Shown here piece by piece: positions 42,082-49,108 of a stretch of 55,990 nt of DNA. Made by a program: the position numbers and the translations under genes. The stretch is taken from IMG/VR virus record IMGVR_UViG_3300030329_003406, positions 1 to 55,990 of that record; one strand, written 5' to 3'. The DNA comes from a virus. Its lineage: Duplodnaviria > Caudoviricetes. Positions within the stretch are counted from its first letter, which is position 1. Each line of letters opens with the position of its first letter. The notes beneath the pieces were generated by a model. The model saw only the letters and a program-made list of their open reading frames with translations, had not been told where the DNA came from and made no database searches.

Positions 42082-42543
42082 CTATTTGCATGCTACTACA
42101 ACTTCTAAGTTGCACGCACCTGTATTTGCTATTGCTTTAATTGTATTTATTGCCTCTAGAGTCGCTGCACTTATGTCTGCATAGTCATCCATACCAAGAC
42201 TTGCATGATTTAATGTAGCCAAGTATGTTCCTCTATTCTTATCTAATCTAACGCAAAAGTCTACTGAGTCATCTCCCTCAAAGCTTAATGTAACATAGTT
42301 AGTATCATCTAGATTAGTAATTCTTATATATTGAACATCTGTATCATGGAATGTACCAGCAGAATTAGCATCACCAAGAGAGATTAAATTAACTTCACTT
42401 GTAGGTATTGTCACGATCCTTCTTGAGAATTCAGCTATATTAGCTGTAGTTATTGTATTAGTAGTACCTTGTTGTTGACCATTAAGAGTAATATCTTCAG
42501 TTATCTTAATGGTTAATGGTGCTGCTGTAATGCTTGATGCCAT
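42082..42543 (-). CDS. Beta-rich virion protein, tandem paralog
   Basis: LTIKITEDITLNGQQQG, QYIRITNL and CNLEVVVAC. Confidence 0.65.
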   Translation of the reverse strand: MASSITAAPLTIKITEDITLNGQQQGTTNTITTANIAEFSRRIVTIPTSEVNLISLGDANSAGTFHDTDVQYIRITNLDDTNYVTLSFEGDDSVDFCVRLDKNRGTYLATLNHASLGMDDYADISAATLEAINTIKAIANTGACNLEVVVACK

Positions 42544-42590
42544 ACGTACCTTCTCCTATACTATTTAATTCTTTCTAGAATGATATTGCG

Positions 42591-42639
42591 CGAGCGTAGC
42601 GAGTAAGACGCTGCGAAGCAGCAAATCCCGAAGGGATTT
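42591..42639 (+). other. Cluster of GNA-triloop DNA mini-hairpins (origin/primosome-site-like or hairpin promoter)
   Basis: CGAGCGTAGCGAGT, GCTGC-GAA-GCAGC and AAATCCC-GAA-GGGATTT. Confidence 0.5.
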
Positions 42640-42640
42640 A

Positions 42641-42832
42641 TTAAGTTTCTCCTACTATATAATGCTCCCGAATATAATCTAATGTTTCTTTATCAAATCT
42701 TGATTCTAGATCTATAGCTCCTAATGTCTTAGTCTCTAAAGAGTCATCTTCAAGTATTTCTTCCTGTAGATACTCAATAGTGTCAGTATCGCTATCATAT
42801 TCTATAGTTAACAAATATGTTTTCTTAGCCAT
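42641..42832 (-). CDS. Small acidic hypothetical protein
   Basis: AGGAGG RBS; first gene of the leftward arm. Confidence 0.65.
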   Translation of the reverse strand: MAKKTYLLTIEYDSDTDTIEYLQEEILEDDSLETKTLGAIDLESRFDKETLDYIREHYIVGET

Positions 42833-42870
42833 GATAACCTCCTATCTTTGTTCTACAATTTAGTCCTACT

Positions 42871-42899
42871 AGTTTACTAAACCTATATAAATTAATCAA
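42871..42899 (-). promoter_or_regulatory. Sigma70-like leftward promoter
   Basis: TTGATT-N17-TAAACT. Confidence 0.55.
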
Positions 42900-43142
42900 G
42901 AATTATTTTCATGCTATAACTACCTGAAAAATAAGCACTTATGATTTTAAGAGGTCCCCCTTTTTAATCGCGATTGCAAATCCAAAACGTTAACTTTCAA
43001 AAATTATAGAATTTCTATGTGTGGTGTTTCAATACACCCCTACCCCCTTGAAAAGGGTTTTTCCCAAATGGGATTTAGTTATTTTTGATTTCATATTAAA
43101 TGTGGTTTTTAGTCGTTAATTAATTAAAGAAAGGGAAGTAAC

Positions 43143-43415
43143 ATGTTATTATATGAGGAACCAACAACAGATGCTGAGGCAGCTATAGTATTAGATGACC
43201 TATGCTCAGAGGCTGAAGTTATTATGTATCCAGCTACTAGAGGTGATAGACGTGGCCTTAATCAAAAGAGACGTAAGGTTAATGCATTGCTTGATAGACT
43301 TATTGCATCATGCTTTCGTAAAGGTTGGAAAGATGTAGCAGATAAAGCTGTATCTACTAGGGATAAGATGATACAAATGAAGGAAGCTGTGCAAGAACTC
43401 AACAGTATATTTTAA
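43143..43415 (+). CDS. First early gene, hypothetical
   Basis: ORF with an AGGGA RBS, followed by a terminator. Confidence 0.65.
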   Translation: MLLYEEPTTDAEAAIVLDDLCSEAEVIMYPATRGDRRGLNQKRRKVNALLDRLIASCFRKGWKDVADKAVSTRDKMIQMKEAVQELNSIF

Positions 43416-43424
43416 TTGCTCAAT

Positions 43425-43452
43425 AAGGGATGGTATAACTACTGTCCCTTTT
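43425..43452 (+). terminator. Intrinsic terminator
   Basis: AAGGGATGGTA-TAAC-TACTGTCCCTT followed by TT. Confidence 0.65.
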
Positions 43453-43505
43453 CCTTATTATATAATACACTTATACTTCACATAACATAACAGGGAGATA
43501 ATGAT

Positions 43506-43850
43506 ATGGACATACAACCTAAGAATAATGAACATAGAATATTTATAAATAATCGTTTAACACCAATAAGTCGTTACCATCTACTTAAAGTTAAAGATGA
43601 GTATAGTATTACTAATAGCGTAAGTAAATTACAAATGAATGAGGCAGTACCTGCAATTGAACTGATCATGAGTAAAGCTTTATGGGAGAAGTTTAAAGTA
43701 TTAACAGTAAGCGATGTGTATAATGGAGAACATCTAATGCTTCCAAGATTTGGAGCTACTAAACATAGAAAGGTAATGAAATGCTTGCTGTTATCTAATA
43801 ATCTTTTAAATACTACAGATAAACGAAAATTCTTAATAAAATACTTATAG
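43506..43850 (+). CDS. Hypothetical early protein
   Basis: GGGAGATAA RBS. Confidence 0.65.
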   Translation: MDIQPKNNEHRIFINNRLTPISRYHLLKVKDEYSITNSVSKLQMNEAVPAIELIMSKALWEKFKVLTVSDVYNGEHLMLPRFGATKHRKVMKCLLLSNNLLNTTDKRKFLIKYL

Positions 43851-43861
43851 AAAGGATCAAC

Positions 43862-43996
43862 ATGCCTAATAATCGATATAGATTAACTGAAAAAGGTAAG
43901 AACATACTTAAAGATTTAAAGCCAACAAAGTGTAAGCCAGGGTTTATAGATAGGCTTAATGAACGAATCAAAAGAATAGATAGGGGAGAAGAATGA
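43862..43996 (+). CDS. Small basic protein (44 aa)
   Basis: AAGGA RBS; MPNNRYRLTEKGKNILKDL... Confidence 0.5.
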   Translation: MPNNRYRLTEKGKNILKDLKPTKCKPGFIDRLNERIKRIDRGEE

Positions 43997-44172
43997 TAAC
44001 AAGAACATTAGACTCAATACTAGATTTCTTAATGCTTAGGGAGGATAGATCTTATTGGGCACATTGGTTTATTTATGTATACTTTATGATAGGTGTATGT
44101 ATTCATTGTCCACAAGTAGCAAAGGCTATTCTTTGGCCATTTATGATCATACATAGTATTGTAAGAGGTTAA
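43993..44172 (+). CDS. Small membrane protein (59 aa)
   Basis: GGGGAG RBS; ATGA overlap; hydrophobic WFIYVYFMIGVCI and AILWPFMII segments. Confidence 0.55.
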   Translation: MITRTLDSILDFLMLREDRSYWAHWFIYVYFMIGVCIHCPQVAKAILWPFMIIHSIVRG

Positions 44173-44196
44173 AAGATTTAAATAATATTTATCGAT

Positions 44197-44440
44197 CGTG
44201 ATGGCTGTAACCACCGATACTATCATGGAATAATCCTTACAGGGATATAACAAGTGATTGGAAGATAAATAACTAACAGACCTTGACGAAGGCGGCTCCT
44301 GAGTAAGAGTTAGTAAAAGGCTCAATAATTTCAAACTTGGTTAGTACGACCCTAATGCGCAATGATGTCAACTTTCATGAGAGTTCTGACTATAATCATT
44401 TGATGAGATATTAAGCTATCTCTAGGGCAGAAAGCCTCTA
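44197..44440 (+). ncRNA. Putative structured non-coding RNA, unknown family
   Basis: Six or more consecutive stems, several with G-U pairs, in a non-coding gap. Confidence 0.45.
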
Positions 44441-44441
44441 A

Positions 44442-44508
44442 GGGGATATTGACAGGCGAGATAACCAAGGGTACACTTCAAGTACATGACTAACGAGGGT
44501 CAAGCCCC
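44442..44508 (+). ncRNA. Repeated structured RNA motif, copy 1
   Basis: GGGGATATTGACAGGCGAGATAAC...ATGACTAACGAGGGTCAAGCCCC. Confidence 0.6.
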
Positions 44509-44535
44509 AAAGAATTAAATAAAAGGGAGAACAAT

Positions 44536-44727
44536 ATGAATGAAGACGATAAGATACATGTTATACAAGTAAAACTAACTAGAAAGTTTAGGAAGAGGCT
44601 GCAAGAAGATGCTGAGAAACATTTTAGGAGTGTTGGTATGCATGTTAAAGCTATAATAACTAAGTATTTTAATGATAAGTCATTACCTAGTAATAATTAT
44701 GATGCTAGGGACATGGAAAACTTATAA
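44536..44727 (+). CDS. Ribbon-helix-helix (Arc-like) DNA-binding protein
   Basis: VIQVKLTRKFRKRLQEDAEKHFRSVGMHVKAII pattern. Confidence 0.65.
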   Translation: MNEDDKIHVIQVKLTRKFRKRLQEDAEKHFRSVGMHVKAIITKYFNDKSLPSNNYDARDMENL

Positions 44728-44742
44728 ACAAAGGGAGATAAC

Positions 44743-45171
44743 ATGGAAAGAGGATTTTGGATAGTAATAACAGTAGTATTATCAATGCCAATATGGTTAT
44801 TGATGTATGATGAACTAGTACCAGATGTAATAAATGAGACAAATACTGTGTATGTTGAGCCTGATGTAGATTGTGCTGAATGTATTGAGGTATGTCATGG
44901 TGGTACTTATGAGGAAGTGGCAGTAATTAATACTGTGCAAGATATTACTCCTACAATGAGTGATAAAGAACGTATGAAGACAGATCATCCAGTGTTATGG
45001 AATGATATGAGTCCTAAATACTTTAATGATACTAGTGATGGAGCATTTAATGATGCATTTAAGGCAGCTAGAGCTGAGCTTGGTCCTGGTAATACCTTCA
45101 CTTGGAATTATAAAGAGTATAATACGTATTACAAAGAAGAACTAGAAGTAACAAATCAATCGATCGACTAA
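44743..45171 (+). CDS. Membrane-anchored protein with CxxCxxxC and FxxAFxxARxxLGxGxxFxW motifs
   Basis: N-terminal TM helix; C-terminal AFNDAFKAARAELGPGNTFTW. Confidence 0.65.
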   Translation: MERGFWIVITVVLSMPIWLLMYDELVPDVINETNTVYVEPDVDCAECIEVCHGGTYEEVAVINTVQDITPTMSDKERMKTDHPVLWNDMSPKYFNDTSDGAFNDAFKAARAELGPGNTFTWNYKEYNTYYKEELEVTNQSID

Positions 45172-45185
45172 TACTTCTAACATTG

Positions 45186-45278
45186 GGGGGATATTGAAAG
45201 GCGAGTAACAGTTCTATGAGCAAGATTAAATTACGGGTTTAATGCGCCGTAAACTATGCTAACGAGGGTCAAGCCCCC
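45186..45278 (+). ncRNA. Repeated structured RNA motif, copy 2
   Basis: GGGGGATATTGAAAGGCGAGTAAC...ATGCTAACGAGGGTCAAGCCCCC. Confidence 0.6.
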
Positions 45279-45302
45279 TGATCAAACTAAAGGGAGATAA
45301 CA

Positions 45303-45980
45303 ATGGCATATAGTTTAGAATATCAAAGAGAATGGCAAAGGAATAACAAAGATAAGATGAAAAAATACAAAGATAAATATAGATCATCTGAGAAAGGAAA
45401 GACTACAACTAAAGCTTATACAAAGAAATATACAGAAAGCGGAAGAAGAGCCAAGATGCAAGCTATAAGAATGGCTAATCCTGATTATAGAGCTAAGGCA
45501 AGTAAATGGCATAAAGAAAACTCTAAAAGACCTGAAGTAATAAAAAGAAGAAGAGAATTACATTATATATGGTCAAAGAATAATCCTAATTATATGATGA
45601 AGAGAAGAATTAAAGCTTGTTTTAAAAATGCTATAAATATTTATACTGAAAAAGGCAAAACTTTATCTTCAAGAGATTATGGGCTAGATTACTCTAAATG
45701 TATTGATAAATTAACCAAAGATGCTAAAGAAATGGGTTGCACTCTTAAAGAGATAAAAGACATGGATTATCATATAGATCATATAATACCTATGTCTATC
45801 TATGATTTAGAAGATAGAAATGAGATTAAAAAATGTTGCAATCCAGCAAATATGAGATGGCTTAATTCTATTGAAAACATAGTTAAAGGTAACAATTTAA
45901 GACCTGAAGATATAAAGGTTATAGAAACTCTTCCAAAGAGTATATATCCTAAACAATGGGGCGGAATAATACCAAGTTAA
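45303..45980 (+). CDS. HNH (homing-type) endonuclease
   Basis: YHIDHIIP...NPANMRWL..IENIVKGN; basic helical N-terminus. Confidence 0.8.
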   Translation: MAYSLEYQREWQRNNKDKMKKYKDKYRSSEKGKTTTKAYTKKYTESGRRAKMQAIRMANPDYRAKASKWHKENSKRPEVIKRRRELHYIWSKNNPNYMMKRRIKACFKNAINIYTEKGKTLSSRDYGLDYSKCIDKLTKDAKEMGCTLKEIKDMDYHIDHIIPMSIYDLEDRNEIKKCCNPANMRWLNSIENIVKGNNLRPEDIKVIETLPKSIYPKQWGGIIPS

Positions 45981-46028
45981 ACTAATAGGGAGATAAAAAT
46001 GATTTAAATATAATAAGATACTAACAAA

Positions 46029-46256
46029 CTTCCCTAGCATACGGAAGGGCAACGCTTAAGATGTGCACAGGCTGCGTCATATAGTATGCTAAGAATTAGA
46101 GAGAGTTACGGCTAAAACCACCATCTCGTTAAATAAGTCGATGAAGCATGATAGTGATGGCCGCAGGTGTCATTAATGTTCATAGCGGGTGAGCAGCTAA
46201 ACACTGCATACGCAAGCGTGGTCTCTCTCTGAAATTATGCTGAGATTAATATCTCA
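46029..46256 (+). ncRNA. Putative structured ncRNA(s): a three-way junction plus a large multibranch element
   Basis: TAGCATAC/GTATGCTA; AGAGAGAGTTACG/CGTGGTCTCTCTCT enclosing three helices; TGAGAT/ATCTCA. Confidence 0.5.
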
Positions 46257-46332
46257 CTAGTAATAAATATGAAGTTATTGGAGAAAACAACAAATAAATA
46301 TAATAAAACACAACAAAACAGGGAGATAATAG

Positions 46333-46503
46333 ATGCAACTAGATGAAACAATATTGCAGACCAGGACTGTCACTACTATAGTTGATATCCTGAAGAAGAT
46401 CGTGGATGATATGAACCCACTGATCAGAGAGACACAAGATGTCTATGAAATTATCAAAGAACATGATAAAGCTAAAGCAAAGGTAAAATTTCAATATGAG
46501 TGA
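46333..46503 (+). CDS. Small hypothetical protein (56 aa)
   Basis: GGGAGATAA RBS; MQLDETILQTRTV... Confidence 0.6.
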   Translation: MQLDETILQTRTVTTIVDILKKIVDDMNPLIRETQDVYEIIKEHDKAKAKVKFQYE

Positions 46504-46741
46504 TGCGGCTTATGTCGTGTTCATCTCCCTAAAGGAGGAGGGGAAGGTAGTCGACCATCCCCTTTGTCCTTGCTCAACGGAGATAGAGGCGAGAGCATAC
46601 CGTGACGGTTACGTGGATGCTATAGTCAATCATACAGGAAAAGCCAACCGAGCCGAAGTATATGGACAGTTTAGTATACGAAAAGTTGGTGAAGAATTAG
46701 CTAATAATAACAAAAAAGAAGAAGGGAGTAAGAATGCCTGA
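46496..46741 (+). CDS. Hypothetical protein coupled to the Ubl gene
   Basis: Overlaps both neighbours by 8 nt. Confidence 0.6.
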   Translation: MSDAAYVVFISLKEEGKVVDHPLCPCSTEIEARAYRDGYVDAIVNHTGKANRAEVYGQFSIRKVGEELANNNKKEEGSKNA

Positions 46742-46937
46742 CATAAAAATACTAGAAGGTGGCGGCTTTGTAGACCATAGTGTAACATCAACAACAGTAG
46801 GTGGATTAAGAACTGAGAAGAGTATACCTCAGGGCTCATCTATATCTGTTGGTGGTAGAACTGTAGGTGATGATCATGCTTTAACAGATGGTGATCTAGT
46901 AGCTGCAGTACATAATGATAAAACTGGTGGAAAATAG
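46734..46937 (+). CDS. Ubiquitin-like (ThiS/MoaD beta-grasp) protein with C-terminal GG-K
   Basis: TTVGGLR, ISVGG and LTDGDLV MoaD-like motifs; ends DKTGGK; GGGAG RBS; near E2, JAB and E1 genes. Confidence 0.8.
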   Translation: MPDIKILEGGGFVDHSVTSTTVGGLRTEKSIPQGSSISVGGRTVGDDHALTDGDLVAAVHNDKTGGK

Positions 46938-46965
46938 AATGGCTAACCACGCAAGGTGAATTCTA

Positions 46966-47058
46966 GAGGGACTAATTGATTATTTGGGGGATGCTGAATG
47001 AGAAGGCAGTATCAGATTAGGCTTTTACGTGACTAAAGCTATAATTAATTAGTTCCTC
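46966..47058 (+). ncRNA. Three-way-junction RNA element with an 18-bp closing stem
   Basis: GAGGGACTAATTGATTAT/ATAATTAATTAGTTCCTC; inner GATGCTG/CAGTATC and GGCTTT/AAAGCT. Confidence 0.55.
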
Positions 47059-47082
47059 CCATCATAAACATAAGGAGATAAT

Positions 47083-47328
47083 ATGGCAAGATTAACAAAT
47101 TTAGATGCATTAAAGAGTGATCTCAATGCTTTAGTAGTAAAGATATTGACTTTAGGTAAAGCGGAAGAGAATGCAGGGAAATATGAGTATTATAAAGAGA
47201 AATTAAACATTGCAAGCGCATTAGAAGATATAATAAAGAAACATTTTAATAATACGGTATTCGGTGAAATGACTAATGAAGAAGCTAGAGATATAGCTGT
47301 TAATGGCTATAAACATAAAAAATGTTAG
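47083..47328 (+). CDS. Hypothetical helical protein
   Basis: AGGAGATAA RBS. Confidence 0.65.
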   Translation: MARLTNLDALKSDLNALVVKILTLGKAEENAGKYEYYKEKLNIASALEDIIKKHFNNTVFGEMTNEEARDIAVNGYKHKKC

Positions 47329-47510
47329 TGCCAGATAAAAATGGATATTTATGTCCAGAATGTGGAGAAGATTATCTTGAAGAAGGTGAAGCTGGTAATC
47401 TAGGCACAGGCCCTGATGGTATTCCTATAATGTGGTGTCCAACCTGTGAACTTATGTTAGATGAGCATGATTTTATGGATTATTATGAACCAGGGAGGGA
47501 TGATGAGTGA
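47322..47510 (+). CDS. Acidic zinc-ribbon protein
   Basis: CPEC...CPTC. Confidence 0.65.
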   Translation: MLVPDKNGYLCPECGEDYLEEGEAGNLGTGPDGIPIMWCPTCELMLDEHDFMDYYEPGRDDE

Positions 47511-47736
47511 ATATGTATCAGTATTAGATGGACATAACTTAAGATTTTGTAAAAAATGTAGTTCAGTATGGGAAGGACCATGGAAGAGGTTATATGGCCT
47601 AACTATCATAAAATACAGCAACTTAAGTTCATATAAGTTAAAAAGAGAACGTTGTTTAGAATGTGAAAGGGAGATAAATGGAACAAAAACTAACGCATGT
47701 ATCGGAGGCAAGAGATTGGTCACCAAATATTACTAA
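47503..47736 (+). CDS. Basic zinc-finger protein (start revised)
   Basis: CKKC...CLEC; GGAGG RBS before ATG 47500/47503. Confidence 0.6.
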   Translation: MSEYVSVLDGHNLRFCKKCSSVWEGPWKRLYGLTIIKYSNLSSYKLKRERCLECEREINGTKTNACIGGKRLVTKYY

Positions 47737-49108
47737 TCTAAATGAGCAGTTGTTATTAGGGCCTCAAAGAGAAATACTGGAATTAATTCAAGAAATTAAT
47801 AGAAGGTGGACTTTAGACCTAAATGCAACTAAAACATATAGATGGGGACCAGGATATATGGATAAAATAAAGAGATGGTATCGTGATCACTATGTTGAAG
47901 AGCATATGAAGAGAAAAATATCAACATTCTTTAATAAAGTAGCCGAAAAACACTGGTCAGTTAAGGAATTAGAGAAGAAATTAAGAGTTGTTGATGAGAA
48001 AATGGCCTCTAGACGTAGAAATGGTGCAGTTTTCCAAGATAATAGTGGTTTATTGGAAGAAAAACTAGAAATATTATCAAATAGAGTGGAATCTCAGTTG
48101 AGTGAAGCTAATAAACAGTTTAATTCTTCAGGAATACATATAAATGCAAGTTTATATCGCTATCAAAATACTAATAGGTATGATGCTGCAATTAAAGATG
48201 AATATGTAATACAGGTTTCTCTTCCACCAGGTAAAATGAACTTATTTGTGGGAGATACACCATATCAAATAGAGATAGGAGGCTCAATAATATGGTTTAG
48301 GCTTGACTTAATGAAACTTATATATACAATTTGCAATGAAAACTCAAGAATAGTTAATGATAATACATTTAAACTTAATTATACACCTTATGCTGAAACA
48401 GGTAGTAAGATTATAGCTCATTATTTTCCTGAATGGGAAGAAAATAGTGAAGGTAAAGAGTTGAAACATCCATATATAAGCGGTAGAAATGCATGGAATC
48501 AATTGAGAATTAATGATGAACTTATTGGATCACATGTATGTTTAGGTGAATTAACTGGTCATGTAGATAGACAAATGAAGAAATTAGACTTAGTTTCTCT
48601 ATGTGCAACACTAATGTTATGGAATTCTACGTTCCATATAGGTAGAACGCACCCATTAAACCAAATAAAGAAGGTATTTTGGGGTATTTCACCTGAAAAT
48701 AACACAGATGAGTTCAAAAATGCTGTAAATATGGTGAGTGCTGGTGATTGTGAGCATAATAATTGGGACGATCGATCTAATATAGACACCATGTATTGCG
48801 ATGAAACACAATGTGTATTTAGAGATAGTTGTACTACTTATAGAGTAGGCATGGATGTAGATCAAGAAGAACCTCAAGAAGAGCCTAGTGTTGGTGGCGT
48901 AATAGAGGTATTGCAGGCTATGGAAGAAGATTCTAGGGAAATTAATGCTCAAAGAACAGAAATAGAAGAAAGAATGAGACAAGAGAACCCTAATGGTCAA
49001 ATCGATGTAGATGAAGTGGCTAGATGGATTGAATTAGAAACACCTGAAGAACGGGTAATAAGATGGGCTGCCGAAAACGGTGGTGCAATTAACATAGGAG
49101 AAAGATAA
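47678..49108 (+). CDS. Prokaryotic E2 (ubiquitin-conjugating)-like protein with N-terminal coiled coil and Cys-rich C-terminal segment
   Basis: KHPYISG (H264)...HVCLG (C288) matches the E2 HPx...CLG pattern; translationally coupled to JAB. Confidence 0.65.
   Translation: MEQKLTHVSEARDWSPNITNLNEQLLLGPQREILELIQEINRRWTLDLNATKTYRWGPGYMDKIKRWYRDHYVEEHMKRKISTFFNKVAEKHWSVKELEKKLRVVDEKMASRRRNGAVFQDNSGLLEEKLEILSNRVESQLSEANKQFNSSGIHINASLYRYQNTNRYDAAIKDEYVIQVSLPPGKMNLFVGDTPYQIEIGGSIIWFRLDLMKLIYTICNENSRIVNDNTFKLNYTPYAETGSKIIAHYFPEWEENSEGKELKHPYISGRNAWNQLRINDELIGSHVCLGELTGHVDRQMKKLDLVSLCATLMLWNSTFHIGRTHPLNQIKKVFWGISPENNTDEFKNAVNMVSAGDCEHNNWDDRSNIDTMYCDETQCVFRDSCTTYRVGMDVDQEEPQEEPSVGGVIEVLQAMEEDSREINAQRTEIEERMRQENPNGQIDVDEVARWIELETPEERVIRWAAENGGAINIGER

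Noticed and set aside
2626-42832. Alternative genetic code, as in some crAss-like phages
   Set aside because: Long genes are intact in code 11, and TAA, TAG and TGA all serve as stops.
44399-44436. TGATGAG...GAAA, hammerhead-like
   Set aside because: There is no CUGANGA core, and the bases are used in two simple hairpins.
44490-44508. GAGGGTCAAGCCCC resembles the twister ribozyme P4 loop; GCTAA resembles HDV J4/2
   Set aside because: The loop lacks the pyrimidines needed for twister T1 and the element order is wrong. No HDV P2/P3 partners were found. Kept as an unknown motif.
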